A stretch of 64,000 bases of DNA from NCBI GenBank assembly GCA_965214045.1, contig OZ243935.1, positions 4,354,799-4,418,798 on the forward strand. Reading direction: 5' to 3'. This DNA comes from Candidatus Poribacteria bacterium. GTDB lineage: Bacteria > Poribacteria > WGA-4E > WGA-3G. Below the pieces are notes generated by a model that saw only the letters and a program-made list of their open reading frames with translations, had not been told where the DNA came from and made no database searches. The translations under genes were made by a program, and so were the position numbers. This document shows positions 37,929 through 50,272 of this stretch, in pieces; the first letter of the stretch is position 1; the number at the start of each line of letters is the position of its first letter.

Positions 37929-40192
37929 GGAATGTCAATAGGTACAATCCATCCCTTCGTCAGGGCGGGTTTATATGCGTTGTCGCGCAAGTAATTTGAT
38001 GTTTGCCATAAGCAGAGATGTTTACCGTCAGGCATCCAGACAACAGATGTCAATTTCATTGGCGTACGGGCGATAGGGAATTTTTTGCCGCTCTCAAGGT
38101 CATAAATCCAGACCTTCCAGCGGATGCCCACACAGTCCTCACGTTCCATATACGCTAACTGTTTACCTGTTGGCGACCACGCGGGTGATGTGTGTTTCAA
38201 AATCTGACTCTGCGTCAAAGTGGCCCCTGTCTCCGATAAGTGCAGTTGCTTATCAATCAATTGCCCCGGGCGGTTGCTACCGGACAAGACATAAGCCAAT
38301 TGGGTTCCATCCGCCGACCAGTTCAGATGATGGACCTGTTGATGCTGCGTCAGGATTTCTTTTATCCGTCTCCCTTCTATATCTTGAATACGGATGCCAA
38401 TATATTTTGAATTGTTTACACCAAAGGCAACACGAGTGCCATCGAGTGCCCAAGAGGGTGCTGACAGATAGGTGTAGGTACGCTGCAGGCGTTCAATTGG
38501 TACGCGAGCAATAGCACCCAAACCACTACCATCGCTATTGATTCGATAGACGACATCCATTCCCTTTTCGCGTCTCCTGAACACCAAACGGTTAGATGTC
38601 GGTGAAAAGGCAGGTCCATCGCCATGAGCTAACTGTTTAATCCGTCCGAATTTCCAATCGACTGTGGAAATAAAGCGTTCACCATTTTCGTCAACTTCAA
38701 ATGCGACAAGCCTGCTATCAAGCGACCAAGAGACATACGGATTGTAAAAGTCTCCGGTGTAGAACTTACGTGCCCGTTCCCCCTTCCGATCCATAATCCA
38801 CAACTCATTCGCACGCCAATATCTGCCACTCAAATCTTCTCTTCTCAAAAATGCGATGAACTCTCCATCCGGGCTCCAGCGCGGAAACTCAGCTCCCTCA
38901 ATCAATTGCACCCTATACGGCTCCATAATCGAGTGATCTTCCTTGCGACAGAAAGTCGTATTGAACATAATACCGTCTATCTCTTTGAACTCACCGAAGG
39001 TGAACTCGTTCATCCATCCTCGTACACCGTGCGGGAGCTCAACTTCATACCACCCGTCGGAAACTCGCACAATTGGCAAACGCACTCCATCGTTGAGTTG
39101 TAACAACACAGATGTTCCTTCAGCAGTGGTGGTTGTCCCCCCATCCTTTCTTGTATAGACCGGTGCCGCGTCATGTACCACAGTCCCTTGCCGTCCATTA
39201 TCTGTCGCGGAATTCCCGCTGGCGAGATTTGTAATCTCGCTTGCATTTGTAAAGGCGTAAACATAACCATCACCAGAAGCGGCATAGAGAAAGCCATCGG
39301 AGATTGCAGGGGCAGCACCCACAAACCCTCCGAGCTGATATGTCCAAGTTTCGGTCTGGGATGCTACATCAAATGCGTGAAGTTGCCCATTGCGGGCACC
39401 GATATAGACGATACCATTCGCCGTCACAGGATAACTCTCACTACCATTTGTGCGATCCCGCCACAAATCCGCATTGTGTTCTGGAGAGATAGGACGAAAC
39501 ACCGCATTAGCACACCCGTATTCGATACCTTGAATACGAATGGTTCGCTCACGCATCGCTTCAAGAACCCCTGTAGTCGCGTTCAGCAGATAGATTTTTG
39601 AAGGAAACGCACCAATGTAAACCCTATTGTCCAAAACGATTGGCGGCGCGTCCATCCAACTTTTCGATTTGAACTCCCATAGTTTTTCACCTGTTTTCGC
39701 GTCTAACGCGTAAACTTTGTTGTTCCGCGCGCTAAAGTAGACTTTATTTCCCAAGACCGTTGCAGAGTAGCGGATAGCATCCCCAGCATCAAAAACCCAC
39801 TTGATACCCCACTGCTTCGCATCCAGGGCATATAACTTGCCATCGGTCGATCCGATATACAAAATGTCATTCGCAATCACTGGTGAAGCGTGGATCGGTC
39901 CACCGGTTTTGAATTTCCACAGCAGTTCCAATGGCGGTGTAATGCTTTTGTCGGGGCTAATCCCAGAAAAGCCAAGATTGTGCATGAACATATGCCAATC
40001 TTCAGCACGTGGGGGCGGGACAGGTTCTATTGCTTCAGGAGTCGCTGGCTGCTGTGTTGTTGGCTGCTGCGTCTGCTTTTTTTGTTGGGAATCGCATCCC
40101 CACACAAGGAGAAGTGCAAGTAGGACTATAAACTTTTTGGCACAGTTCACAAGCGAAAATTTACTATAGAAAAGTCTATTCCAGAGATACAC
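37925..40192 (-). CDS. secreted lipoprotein with an N-terminal PQQ-like beta-propeller and a C-terminal TolB-like WD40 beta-propeller
   Basis: The lipobox is LLVWGC. The N-terminal half has repeats of LYALDAKTGEKLWEF type, as in BamB/PQQ proteins. The C-terminal half has PAWSPTGKQLAY and SWSLDSRLVAF repeats, as in TolB. The start may be GTG at 40150. Confidence 0.6.
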   Translation of the reverse strand: MYLWNRLFYSKFSLVNCAKKFIVLLALLLVWGCDSQQKKQTQQPTTQQPATPEAIEPVPPPRAEDWHMFMHNLGFSGISPDKSITPPLELLWKFKTGGPIHASPVIANDILYIGSTDGKLYALDAKQWGIKWVFDAGDAIRYSATVLGNKVYFSARNNKVYALDAKTGEKLWEFKSKSWMDAPPIVLDNRVYIGAFPSKIYLLNATTGVLEAMRERTIRIQGIEYGCANAVFRPISPEHNADLWRDRTNGSESYPVTANGIVYIGARNGQLHAFDVASQTETWTYQLGGFVGAAPAISDGFLYAASGDGYVYAFTNASEITNLASGNSATDNGRQGTVVHDAAPVYTRKDGGTTTTAEGTSVLLQLNDGVRLPIVRVSDGWYEVELPHGVRGWMNEFTFGEFKEIDGIMFNTTFCRKEDHSIMEPYRVQLIEGAEFPRWSPDGEFIAFLRREDLSGRYWRANELWIMDRKGERARKFYTGDFYNPYVSWSLDSRLVAFEVDENGERFISTVDWKFGRIKQLAHGDGPAFSPTSNRLVFRRREKGMDVVYRINSDGSGLGAIARVPIERLQRTYTYLSAPSWALDGTRVAFGVNNSKYIGIRIQDIEGRRIKEILTQHQQVHHLNWSADGTQLAYVLSGSNRPGQLIDKQLHLSETGATLTQSQILKHTSPAWSPTGKQLAYMEREDCVGIRWKVWIYDLESGKKFPIARTPMKLTSVVWMPDGKHLCLWQTSNYLRDNAYKPALTKGWIVPIDIP

Positions 40193-40583
40193 ATTGATCC
40201 TTTCATTTAGACCTTAGATCGAGGATTGAGGCTATCGGAAAACCACTGGGACGTTTTATTATCTATTAGATTAGCATATTATCAAAGCGTGCGCAAACGA
40301 AATCTACCTGATGATTCTCTTACTGGCGAGACCTATAACCCCGCTGGTGTATTGTTAACCGTATACTTTACTATAAGCGGTTCTGACGAAGTATTTGGAA
40401 ACTTTGTATTCTTTGAAGAAAACCGCATCGGTTTGCAACAAAGGGCAAAGGGATGGAGCGTCCGTCCTTCAATTTTTTATAGATTTTCGTGGAACAAAAT
40501 TACAGCGAGTTTCTAATGAGGAGTCGATGCCTGAAAACTGCAAGGAATCTGTTTTTCCAAACTCCGCAAAAATTACGAAAAAT

Positions 40584-40612
40584 TTGAATTTACGGCAAAT
40601 TTGTGTTAAAAT
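40584..40612 (+). promoter_or_regulatory. sigma70 promoter with extended -10 (TTGAAT–17 bp–TGtTAAAAT) for glyA
   Basis: Read from the sequence. Confidence 0.45.
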
Positions 40613-40660
40613 TTAACTTCTACAATATAACACCATTTTAATTTCAAGCGGTGAAGAAAA

Positions 40661-41944
40661 ATGAACACGTCAGAGTCTCGCAATCCGAGTATTGCTTCCA
40701 AATTAGGTGAAGTCGACCCACAGATCGTTGAAATCACCGCCAAAGACCTGAAACGCCAGCAAGATTCTCTCATGCTGATCCCATCCGAGAACTACGCAAG
40801 TCGTGCTGTTATGGAAATCCAGAGCAGTATCCTCGCCAATAAATACGCTGAGGGCTACCCCGGCGAGCGTTACTATAACGGATGCCAGTTTATGGACGAA
40901 GTTGAATCGCTCGCGATTGAACGCGCAAAGGCACTCTTCGGTGCCGAGCACATCAATGTTCAACCACATGCTGGTTCCCAAGCGAACATGGCAGTCTATC
41001 ATGCCCTGCTCGAACCCGGTGACACGATTCTCGGTATGTCTCTCAGTCAAGGGGGGCATCTCACACATGGTGCTGGTGTCAATTTCTCGGGAAACTATTA
41101 CAATATCGCCATGTACGGGGTAGATGCCGAAACCGAACAAATCGACATGGAGGAGATCGCACGTCTCGCTGCGCAGCACCGTCCCAAACTCATCGTTGTC
41201 GGTGCGACAGCCTATCCCCGGCAGTTTGACTTCGCAGCATGGCGGCATGTCGCTGATTCCGTAGGGGCGTACTTGCTCGCGGATATCGCTCATATTGCCG
41301 GACTTATTGCTGGCGGTGCACATCCGGATCCTGTTCCTTACAGCGACGTAATTACCACAACGACACACAAGACTTTACGCGGTCCTCGCGGTGCCATGAT
41401 TATGTGTAAAGCTGAATACGCGGACAAGATCGATCGCGCTGTGTTTCCGGGTTTACAAGGCGGTCCTTTTCTACATACAATCGCTGCCAGAGCCGTAGCC
41501 TTCAAAGAAGCCAGCACACCCGCTTTTAAGACATATCAGGCGCAGATCGTAAAAAATGCTAAGGCACTCGCTGCCCGGTTAATTGAAAACGGTTTCCGGT
41601 TGGTGAGCGGAGGCACCGACAATCATCTCATGCTAATAGACCTCACTTCCAAGTATGAGAAACTCAGTGGACGGCAAGCCGCCGATCATTTGGAAGATGC
41701 CGGAATTATTGTAAATAAAAACACCATTCCTTTCGACAAAAGGAAACCGAGAACAACAAGTGGGCTACGTCTTGGGACACCGATGATTACGACACGCGGG
41801 ATGAAAGAGGATGAGATGGTCCTCGTCGCTGATTTCATCGCGGAAACGCTTGAAAATAGGCAGAAAGCCTCTATCAAACGGCAAATTCGTGCGAAAGTCA
41901 AGGAACTCTGCGCACAATTCCCAATTTATGAATACCTACAATAG
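40661..41944 (+). CDS. glyA: serine hydroxymethyltransferase
   Basis: It is SHMT throughout. The PLP-Lys region [13 protein letters not shown] is present. Confidence 0.9.
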   Translation: MNTSESRNPSIASKLGEVDPQIVEITAKDLKRQQDSLMLIPSENYASRAVMEIQSSILANKYAEGYPGERYYNGCQFMDEVESLAIERAKALFGAEHINVQPHAGSQANMAVYHALLEPGDTILGMSLSQGGHLTHGAGVNFSGNYYNIAMYGVDAETEQIDMEEIARLAAQHRPKLIVVGATAYPRQFDFAAWRHVADSVGAYLLADIAHIAGLIAGGAHPDPVPYSDVITTTTHKTLRGPRGAMIMCKAEYADKIDRAVFPGLQGGPFLHTIAARAVAFKEASTPAFKTYQAQIVKNAKALAARLIENGFRLVSGGTDNHLMLIDLTSKYEKLSGRQAADHLEDAGIIVNKNTIPFDKRKPRTTSGLRLGTPMITTRGMKEDEMVLVADFIAETLENRQKASIKRQIRAKVKELCAQFPIYEYLQ

Positions 41945-42092
41945 TTATCGGTCGTCGGTCATCAGTTTTCAGTTAAGACGCGGATCTGTAACGATGGATC
42001 CCTTTCTGGAGTCCACCAAGTTGGAGAAAGTTGTTCCAAAACGCCCCCTAACTGACAACTCTCACCGCGAGGCGAACTGAAAACTGCCAACT

Positions 42093-43505
42093 ATGGACTA
42101 CAAAGCGGCACTCGCCTATATTGAAGGGTTTATCGACTATGAAAGGAGTCCTGATTTTTCACGACAGGCACGGCTCTATAATTTAGACAGGATTTCCCTC
42201 TTGTTGGAGTTGCTCGGTAATCCACACGATAAACTACAAGTTGTCCATATCGCGGGAAGTAAAGGGAAAGGCTCTACCGCCGCACTCGTAGCGTCGGTGC
42301 TTACGCATGCAGGCTATAAAACAGGTTTGTTTACATCTCCGCACCTCATTACACCGCGAGAACGGTGCCGTATTGATGGCGAGTTAATCTCAAAATCAGA
42401 CGTTACTTTCTATATTGAGAAACTCAAGCCTGCAATTGAGACCGTTTCCGCTTCTGAGTTCGGACGTGTTTCATTTTTTGAAATATACACAGCACTTGCG
42501 TTTTTCTATTTTGCCGACAAAGGAACAGACTTTGCTGTTATTGAAGTCGGTTTAGGCGGGAGACTCGATGCAACGAATGTCGTTACGCCTGTTGCAACTG
42601 TTATTACACCGATCGGTTTAGAGCATACCGCGATATTAGGGGAGACATATACCGAAATAGCAAGCGAGAAAGCAGAAATCATTAAACGGGGTTGTCCGTT
42701 GGCACTCGCGCCACAACACTCAGATGCGCGAACGGTATTTGAGAAGGTGGCAAGCGAGCGCGAAGCATCTATTATTGAATCTAAAGATTTGGTAGTGCGA
42801 GATTCCTGTACCCCAAACCCGCGTCTCGTCCGAAATGCCGATGGTATGCCTATAACACAGCAATTTGACATGGAAACGGATTCGGAGCGTTATCCGCAGC
42901 TCACTCTGCCGCTCCTTGGACACCATCAGTTTATAAACGCGACAACTGCTGTTGCAGCGATTGAATGCCTGAAGCAGAAGGGATACATAGTTCCGAAAAC
43001 CAGCGTTTATGCCGGACTTAAGAACGTGCAATGGCAGGGACGGATCCAACGCATTAAGTCTTCGCCAATTGTTGTCCTTGATGGTGCGCATTCTCCTGCC
43101 TCAATGGAGGCACTCTGCCGCACACTCCATCAGAGCTTTCGTTACAGCCAAGTGACTTTTATCGTTAGTTTAATGAGAGATAAAAATCTCACAGCAATCG
43201 GTAGTGTTATTTCACAGACAGCGAATTTCGTGATTACTACACAAGTTCTCAATAACCCGCGAGTGACACCTGCTAAGGAAATACAGCGTGCATGGGAGAG
43301 TATCTGTGATAAAATTACCACGTGTTCAACCCCGGAAAAAGCAATCGCGAAGGCGTTATCCGAAGCATCGCCGACAGATTTAATCTGCGTTACAGGTTCG
43401 CTCTACCTCGTTGGTCAGGCACTTGAAATATTTGAATCGAATTTTTCAGCGAAAGATAACACTGGAATTCCATTTTCTGAGCGAAAGATCGCCAGCCTGC
43501 AATAA
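42093..43505 (+). CDS. folC: bifunctional folylpolyglutamate synthase / dihydrofolate synthase
   Basis: It has a Mur-ligase fold. The P-loop HIAGSKGKGST is present. Confidence 0.85.
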   Translation: MDYKAALAYIEGFIDYERSPDFSRQARLYNLDRISLLLELLGNPHDKLQVVHIAGSKGKGSTAALVASVLTHAGYKTGLFTSPHLITPRERCRIDGELISKSDVTFYIEKLKPAIETVSASEFGRVSFFEIYTALAFFYFADKGTDFAVIEVGLGGRLDATNVVTPVATVITPIGLEHTAILGETYTEIASEKAEIIKRGCPLALAPQHSDARTVFEKVASEREASIIESKDLVVRDSCTPNPRLVRNADGMPITQQFDMETDSERYPQLTLPLLGHHQFINATTAVAAIECLKQKGYIVPKTSVYAGLKNVQWQGRIQRIKSSPIVVLDGAHSPASMEALCRTLHQSFRYSQVTFIVSLMRDKNLTAIGSVISQTANFVITTQVLNNPRVTPAKEIQRAWESICDKITTCSTPEKAIAKALSEASPTDLICVTGSLYLVGQALEIFESNFSAKDNTGIPFSERKIASLQ

Positions 43506-43598
43506 CGGGCAGGCGACTCGAACACGAAAAACGTCAAAACACAAACCCCGAAAGGTACCCGCAAGGTATAATTAAAAGTAGAAAAGAGAGGTTTTTTA
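43506..43598 (+). repeat. mosaic interspersed repeat copy (module D inverted + module C TATAAT-variant) upstream of hppA
   Basis: ACTCGAACACGAAAAACGT is the reverse complement of the same 18-mer at 10455-10475. CCGCAAGGTATAATTAAAAG is the module C variant. Confidence 0.6.
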
Positions 43599-45956
43599 AT
43601 GCGTGATATCACTTACAAGAAACGGTGGCTAAATTGGAAGACATTTCTGATATCCTTGCCCGTTCTGAATTTAGCCACCATGGCTTTTGCCGAAACAGGT
43701 TCCCCGCCGCCTGTACCACCGATATGGTGGATTGCCCCAATTGGCTCACTCATCGCTTTGGGATTTGCCTATCACTTTTACCGCACTGTGATGAAGCAGG
43801 ATGAAGGAAACGAAACCATGCGCGAGATCGCGCAATCCGTCCGTGAAGGCGCGATGGCATATCTCAGACAACAGTACAAAGTTGTAGGCATCGTTTTTGT
43901 TGTCCTCTGCGTTATCTTTATTTTCATGGCTTTCGTTCTCGATGCGCAAAATAAAGTCATTCCATTTGCTTTTCTCACGGGTGGTTTTTTCTCAGGACTC
44001 TGCGGTTTCCTCGGCATGAAAACCGCTACTAACGCCTCCGCACGCACGACAAGTGCCGCGATGCAAGGACTCAACGCCGGTTTAAAAGTCTCTTTCCGCG
44101 CCGGGGCAGTTATGGGATTGATAGTCGTTGGCTTCGCACTCCTCGACATAACCGGATGGTTCCTCATTCTCTATTATCTCTTCCCCAAAATACTTCCCGG
44201 ATTCTTAGGCGAGAACCCTCTGCCGCAAATTACCGTGATTATGCTCAGTTTCGGCATGGGTGCTTCGACACAGGCACTCTTCGCTCGTGTCGGCGGTGGC
44301 ATCTATACAAAAGCCGCGGACGTTGGGGCGGACCTGGTCGGGAAAGTTGAAGCCGGAATCCCAGAGGACGACCCGCGTAACCCTGCTGTTATCGCGGATA
44401 ACGTCGGTGACAACGTCGGCGATGTCGCGGGCATGGGGGCGGATCTCTACGAATCTTATGCAGGCTCAATCTTAGCCACAGCCGCACTTGGTGTTGCAGC
44501 CATTGCTGCCAGAGATCACAATAACATTGCCCTCCAACTTAAATATCTTTCAGCACCTATGATCATCGCTGGCATCGGCGTCGTTCTTTCCATTTTAGGT
44601 ATCTATATGGTGCGGACAAAAGAGGGCGCAACGATGAAACAGTTGATGGGTTCTTTGAACTTAGGCATCAACGGAAGTGCTGCAGGCATCGCGGTTGTTT
44701 CACTCCCCGTCCTCATCTATTTGGGACTCCCGAACATGTGGCAGATTTGGGGAGCAATTATCGCTGGACTCGTAGCAGGTTTGATTATTGGGAAGGTCAC
44801 TGAAGTATTTACCTCTCACGACTATGCACCGACCCGTGCTATCGCGAAGCAGGCACAGACGGGGCCCGCAACAGTCATTATCGAAGGTATTGCTGTCGGT
44901 ATGGAATCAACGGCAATTCCGGTCATAACCATTGTCGCTGCAGTTGCCGTTAGTTACTACCTCCCCGGTGGCGCAACCGAACCCCTGATGGGACTATACG
45001 GGGTCGGCATTGCCGCTGTCGGTATGTTGGCGACGCTTGGAATCACCCTCGCCACAGATGCATACGGACCGATTGCAGACAACGCTGGCGGAAACGCCGA
45101 AATGGCAAAACTTGATAAAAGTGTTCGAGAACGGACCGATCAGTTAGATGCACTCGGTAACACGACAGCCGCAACTGGTAAGGGATTTGCAATCGGTTCA
45201 GCCGCGCTAACAGCACTCGCACTCTTAGCTGCCTACTTAGAAGAAATCCGCTACGGATTGATCCATTTAGCAGGTAAGGATACACTGAACATTGAAGGCG
45301 AAGGCACAGTTGAGACGCTGAAAGTCACTGTCAGTCAATTCATGGATTACTATGACGTTACCCTGATGAATCCGCAAGTCCTCATCGGGCTGTTCATCGG
45401 TGCAGTGATGGCGTTCTATTTCTGTGCGTTGACGATGAAAGCCGTGGGGCGTGCTGCCGGTGCTATGGTCGAGGAAGTCCGTCGCCAATTCCGAGAGAAA
45501 CCTGGCATTATGAAGGGCGAAGAGAAACCGGATTACGCACGATGCGTCGAAATCTCAACAGTGGGTGCACAGCGAGAAATGATCTTCCCATCACTCATCG
45601 CCATCATTGTGCCTGTCGCTGTCGGTTTAGTCTTTGACGTCGGCGGTGTGTTAGGATTGCTCGCCGGTGGGTTGGCAACTGGGTTTGTCCTCGCGATTAT
45701 GATGGCAAATGCCGGTGGTGCCTGGGACAACGCCAAGAAATTTATTGAAGAGGGTAAACACGCGGATGAATACGGTGAAAAAGGCTCCGAACAACACACA
45801 GCGACCATTGTCGGTGATACTGTCGGAGATCCGTTCAAAGATACTTCCGGTCCCTCGCTGAACATCCTGATTAAGTTAATGTCTATGGTGTCTGTCGTGT
45901 TTGCTGGTCTCATCGCGAAGTATGGTGGTATGCTTAATAGTTGGCTCGGTATGTAG
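43599..45956 (+). CDS. hppA: membrane-bound proton-translocating pyrophosphatase
   Basis: GDNVGDNVGDVAGMGADL and about 16 TM helices are present. AGAGAGG provides the RBS. Confidence 0.9.
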   Translation: MRDITYKKRWLNWKTFLISLPVLNLATMAFAETGSPPPVPPIWWIAPIGSLIALGFAYHFYRTVMKQDEGNETMREIAQSVREGAMAYLRQQYKVVGIVFVVLCVIFIFMAFVLDAQNKVIPFAFLTGGFFSGLCGFLGMKTATNASARTTSAAMQGLNAGLKVSFRAGAVMGLIVVGFALLDITGWFLILYYLFPKILPGFLGENPLPQITVIMLSFGMGASTQALFARVGGGIYTKAADVGADLVGKVEAGIPEDDPRNPAVIADNVGDNVGDVAGMGADLYESYAGSILATAALGVAAIAARDHNNIALQLKYLSAPMIIAGIGVVLSILGIYMVRTKEGATMKQLMGSLNLGINGSAAGIAVVSLPVLIYLGLPNMWQIWGAIIAGLVAGLIIGKVTEVFTSHDYAPTRAIAKQAQTGPATVIIEGIAVGMESTAIPVITIVAAVAVSYYLPGGATEPLMGLYGVGIAAVGMLATLGITLATDAYGPIADNAGGNAEMAKLDKSVRERTDQLDALGNTTAATGKGFAIGSAALTALALLAAYLEEIRYGLIHLAGKDTLNIEGEGTVETLKVTVSQFMDYYDVTLMNPQVLIGLFIGAVMAFYFCALTMKAVGRAAGAMVEEVRRQFREKPGIMKGEEKPDYARCVEISTVGAQREMIFPSLIAIIVPVAVGLVFDVGGVLGLLAGGLATGFVLAIMMANAGGAWDNAKKFIEEGKHADEYGEKGSEQHTATIVGDTVGDPFKDTSGPSLNILIKLMSMVSVVFAGLIAKYGGMLNSWLGM

Positions 45957-46269
45957 CCGGATACGTTTCTTGAATCGTTTCCCGTTCAACTTCATGTTTC
46001 CCTTGTACACAATGCTAACGGGGACACATGCGAAGCATATCCAACGGAGAACTATCGCTTCGATATTACACCGATCAAAACAATGTATCAGGAGGCTTAT
46101 CAACAGGAAGCAGGGATCATCATTTTACGACTCAAAGATGCCCCAGACGGGAACCTCGTCTACGAATTTACGATGTAGTTGCGATTTCTCAATTGCGGGG
46201 TTGTAGGGAAACCGATTTCCCATGCCTCTGCCTTCTGCTTGTCTACTATTTTGTAGGAGAACACACGAA

Positions 46270-47949
46270 ATGTCCAATAAGTTGAAACCCCGAAGTTATG
46301 CGATTACCGATGGACCCGACCGCGCCGCCGCACGCACTATGCTCATGTTCGGCGATGGTGGATTATCACCTGAAGATCTTGACAAACCGATTATCGGGGT
46401 TGCCAATACTTGGATCGAAATAGGTCCTTGTAACTTTCACTTGAGACGACTTGCTGCTAAGGTCAAAGAGGGTATCCGCGAGGCAGGTGGAACACCTCTT
46501 GAATTCAATACCGTCAGTATCTCCGACGGTATCACTATGGGCACCGAGGGTATGAAAACTTCGCTCATCAGTCGGGAAATCATTGCAGACTCGATCGAGT
46601 TAGTTTCCATCGGTAACATGTTTGATGCTGTCGTTGCCCTCTGTGGATGCGATAAGACCGTCCCGGGCACTGTCATGGCACTTGCCCGGTTAGATATTCC
46701 ATCGCTCACGCTCTACGGCGGATCGATCATGCCGGGCAAATTTCAAGGGCGAGATGTCACCATCCAAGACGTATTTGAAGCAGTCGGGCAACATGCGGAA
46801 GGCACAATCACCGTCGAAGAACTCGATGATTTGATTAGTAAGGGGTGTCCAGGTCCCGGGGCATGTGGTGGCCAATTTACTGCCAATACTATGGCAACAG
46901 CCGTTGAAATGTTGGGCATTGCTCCAATGGGAAGTGGGAGTGTCCCCGCAGTCGTAGGCGACAAAGATCAAGAAGCATACAGAGCCGGACAAATCGTTAT
47001 GGACATGCTTGACGCTGATCGGAGACCGAGTCAAATTATCACTCGCAAGTCCCTTGAGAATGCGATCACCTCTGTCGCGGCAACCGGCGGTTCTACCAAC
47101 GGTGTTCTCCATCTACTCGCCATCGCGTACGAGGCACAGATTCCGTTGACGCTTGAGGATTTTCACAGCATTAGTCAAAGAACCCCGGTATTGGCAGACC
47201 TCAAACCCGGTGGACAGTTCGTTGCGACCGATCTTTATGAGGCGGGTGGCATACCGTTCTTGGCAAAACGCTTGGCAGAAGCAGGTTTGCTCCACACCGA
47301 TGAACTCACTGTCACAGGAAAATCCATCGGTGAAGAGGCAAACGCTGCCACCGAAACTGAGGGACAGCAAGTCGTCAGACCCGTCGATGTGCCACTCAAA
47401 CCGACTGGTGGCTTTGCCATCTTAAGGGGTAACCTTGCACCAGATGGGTGTGTTATTAAATTAGCAGGTCAGGATAAAACACTCCATCGGGGTCCCGCCC
47501 GTATTTTTGAACGTGAAGAGGATACCTTTGCCGCCATCAAAGGCGGACAGATCCAACCCGGGGATGTCGTCGTTATCCGTTATGAAGGACCGACCGGTGG
47601 TCCCGGTATGCGTGAAATGTTAGGCGTAACAGCCGCCATCGTAGGGGCAGGCTTGAGTGAAGATGTTGCCCTTTTAACCGATGGTAGATTCTCTGGCGCG
47701 ACACACGGTTTCATGATCTGTCACGTCGCCCCTGAAGCCGCAAACGGCGGTCCTATTGCTATCCTTCAAGAAGGAGACGAAATCGTGATTGATGCCAAAG
47801 AACGACGACTCGATGTCGAGCTTTCCGATGCTGAAATTCAAGCACGTTTTGAGCAGTGGAATCCACCTAAACCGCGCTACGCTCGCGGCGTCATGGCAAA
47901 GTATGCCAATTCAGTTTCTTCTGCTTCTGAAGGTGCTGTGACAGGATAA
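46270..47949 (+). CDS. ilvD: dihydroxy-acid dehydratase
   Basis: ATG at 46270 follows AGGAGAA. The IlvD/EDD family Cys ligands (CDK, CPGPGAC) are present. Confidence 0.9.
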   Translation: MSNKLKPRSYAITDGPDRAAARTMLMFGDGGLSPEDLDKPIIGVANTWIEIGPCNFHLRRLAAKVKEGIREAGGTPLEFNTVSISDGITMGTEGMKTSLISREIIADSIELVSIGNMFDAVVALCGCDKTVPGTVMALARLDIPSLTLYGGSIMPGKFQGRDVTIQDVFEAVGQHAEGTITVEELDDLISKGCPGPGACGGQFTANTMATAVEMLGIAPMGSGSVPAVVGDKDQEAYRAGQIVMDMLDADRRPSQIITRKSLENAITSVAATGGSTNGVLHLLAIAYEAQIPLTLEDFHSISQRTPVLADLKPGGQFVATDLYEAGGIPFLAKRLAEAGLLHTDELTVTGKSIGEEANAATETEGQQVVRPVDVPLKPTGGFAILRGNLAPDGCVIKLAGQDKTLHRGPARIFEREEDTFAAIKGGQIQPGDVVVIRYEGPTGGPGMREMLGVTAAIVGAGLSEDVALLTDGRFSGATHGFMICHVAPEAANGGPIAILQEGDEIVIDAKERRLDVELSDAEIQARFEQWNPPKPRYARGVMAKYANSVSSASEGAVTG

Positions 47950-48107
47950 ATACCATCTTTTTCTATCTGTAGGGGCAGGTCTCTGTACTTGTCCCTTTTC
48001 TTTCTATTCACCTTCGCAGCAGATCGGTTCGACGAAATTGTCTATCATTTCGACGCATAACGCCTAATTACCAAACAGTTTAAGCGTTTCACGAAAGGAA
48101 TTGTAAG

Positions 48108-49091
48108 ATGTCAAAAACCTTAAACGCTAAACCCATTATTTCCAATGCGGATGCCAGCCTGATAGACATCGGTGATGGCATCGCCCGGCTTGAACTGCAC
48201 AGTAAATTGAACATCATAGGGGACGGAATGTTGGAGATGTTTGATGCGGCGTTGGATGAGATAGAAACCAATTGGACAGGTATGATTGTCGCCACAGAAG
48301 CGCAGAATTTTTCGGTGGGACTCAACCTTATTCTCCTGTTGGAGCGTGCCAAAAGCAAAAATTGGGACGCAATTTCAACAACGCTCCGAAAACTACAAGC
48401 CGTTTGCACACGGCTTCGGACGGTATCAAAGCCGGTCGTCGCGGCAACAGCAGGTATGGCACTTGGCGGTGGATGTGAACTCGCATTCGGTGCTGATGCG
48501 GTACAAGCTTTTACTGAGAGTTCCGTCGGTCTCGTTGAACTCCGCGTGGGGCTAATTCCGGGTGGTGGTGGCACGAAAGAGATGGCAGTTCGATGTCTCG
48601 AAGGACAGTCTCCGACTGCACCGATTCAGACCCTATTTCCCTATGTGAATAAGGCTTTTGATACGCTTCGTGAATCGAAGGTTTCACAGAACGCAACGGA
48701 TGCAGTGGAACTCGGTTATCTTCGACGCACCGATGCCATTTCATTAGATCAAGAGAGGCATTTTGAGGATGCCAAAGAACTTGTGCTCTCACTGCACAAA
48801 GCAGATTATCGTCCACCGGAACCGCAGCAGATATTAGTACTCGGTGAGGAGGGAATTGCTCGGCTCGACCTACAAACACATCTCCTTCGGCAAGCGGGGG
48901 CTATCGACGACTATACACAGTATCTTGCGAATAAATTAGCATTCGTCCTCTGCGGTGGCGCGCTTTCAACCCCCCAATTCGTCACCGAACAATATCTGCT
49001 CGACTTGGAGCATGAAGTATTCCTCAGTCTTTGTGGAAAGGAGGAAACCCACGCAAGGATAGAAGCAACGCTCCAGAGAGGTAAAAAGTAA
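48108..49091 (+). CDS. enoyl-CoA hydratase/isomerase (crotonase) family protein
   Basis: KPVVAATAGMALGGGCELAFGAD is the oxyanion-hole region. Confidence 0.7.
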   Translation: MSKTLNAKPIISNADASLIDIGDGIARLELHSKLNIIGDGMLEMFDAALDEIETNWTGMIVATEAQNFSVGLNLILLLERAKSKNWDAISTTLRKLQAVCTRLRTVSKPVVAATAGMALGGGCELAFGADAVQAFTESSVGLVELRVGLIPGGGGTKEMAVRCLEGQSPTAPIQTLFPYVNKAFDTLRESKVSQNATDAVELGYLRRTDAISLDQERHFEDAKELVLSLHKADYRPPEPQQILVLGEEGIARLDLQTHLLRQAGAIDDYTQYLANKLAFVLCGGALSTPQFVTEQYLLDLEHEVFLSLCGKEETHARIEATLQRGKK

Positions 49092-50272
49092 TGGCAACGA
49101 CACCAGACGTGGTTATCGTATCCGCGGCACGAACAGCCGTAGGCAGAGCGGGGAGAGGAACACTCAAAAACACCCGTCCAGATGAACTCGCTGCGACTGC
49201 CCTCCGCGGAGCGGTTGAGAAACTTCCACGCCTTGATCTGGATGCCGTAGACGATGTCATCATTGGATGTGCCACACATGAGGGACCACAGGGGTACAAC
49301 GTCGCCCGTATCGCCAGTTTACGCGCTGGGTTTCCTGTTTCCGTCCCTGCTCTGACAATCAACCGATTCTGTGCATCTGGTTTAGAGACGATAGCGATGG
49401 GTGCGGAACAGATTCTATCTGGACGTGCTGAAGTCGTTATTGCTGGTGGTGTGGAGAGTATGAGTCAAGTACCGTTTGGGGTCAACCTCTCGCCGAACCC
49501 TACGCTCATAGAATACGCCCCTGATGCTTACCTCAGTATGGGCTTGACTGCCGAGAACTTGGCGCGAAAGTATGATATATCTCGAGGCACACAAGACACT
49601 TATGCATACCAGAGCCATCACAAGGCGATCGCAGCAATCGATGCAGGTAGATTTAAAGAAGAAATAGTGCCACTGACAATAGAAGAAACACACTTTGATT
49701 TGGAAAATACATCCGAAACGACCTGTTCCGTGTTTGATACGGACGAGGGACCCCGCCGAGATACATCGCCAGAAGCACTGGCATCCCTCAAACCTGTCTT
49801 TCATGTAGATGGCACTGTAACCGCCGGCAACGCTTCCCAAATGAGCGATGGTGCTGCCGCTGTTGTCCTCATGTCCGAGGCACGAGCGAACGCAAAAGGT
49901 TACGATCCGTTAGTCCGTTTCGTCAGTTACGCCACAGCAGGCGTTGCTCCCGAAATCATGGGAATCGGACCGGTTCCGGCAATCCCTAAGGCACTCGCAA
50001 CCGCTGGATTAACTTTAGCCGATATAGATGTCATAGAGCTAAATGAAGCATTCGCTGCACAAGCCCTCGCTGTAATTCAAGAGGCACAATTACCACCCGA
50101 AAAGGTGAACGTCAATGGTGGTGCAGTCGCCTTGGGACATCCACTCGGTTGCACAGGTACCAAACTCACGGTAAGTTTGATTAACGAAATGCGGCGGCAA
50201 AATCACCAATACGGTATGGTAACAATGTGCATCGGTGGGGGCATGGGTGCCGCTGGTATTTTCAGTTTTTAA
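49091..50272 (+). CDS. acetyl-CoA C-acyltransferase (thiolase)
   Basis: [15 protein letters not shown] is the active-site Cys region and [12 protein letters not shown] is the C-terminal motif. The start overlaps the previous stop (ATGG). Confidence 0.85.
   Translation: MATTPDVVIVSAARTAVGRAGRGTLKNTRPDELAATALRGAVEKLPRLDLDAVDDVIIGCATHEGPQGYNVARIASLRAGFPVSVPALTINRFCASGLETIAMGAEQILSGRAEVVIAGGVESMSQVPFGVNLSPNPTLIEYAPDAYLSMGLTAENLARKYDISRGTQDTYAYQSHHKAIAAIDAGRFKEEIVPLTIEETHFDLENTSETTCSVFDTDEGPRRDTSPEALASLKPVFHVDGTVTAGNASQMSDGAAAVVLMSEARANAKGYDPLVRFVSYATAGVAPEIMGIGPVPAIPKALATAGLTLADIDVIELNEAFAAQALAVIQEAQLPPEKVNVNGGAVALGHPLGCTGTKLTVSLINEMRRQNHQYGMVTMCIGGGMGAAGIFSF

Noticed and set aside
40226-40516. 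96-aa ORF and a possible riboswitch in the 470-nt region upstream of glyA
   Set aside because: The ORF has no RBS and low sequence complexity. I could not recognise ZTP, THF or glycine riboswitch core motifs by eye. It is left as unassigned leader or intergenic sequence.
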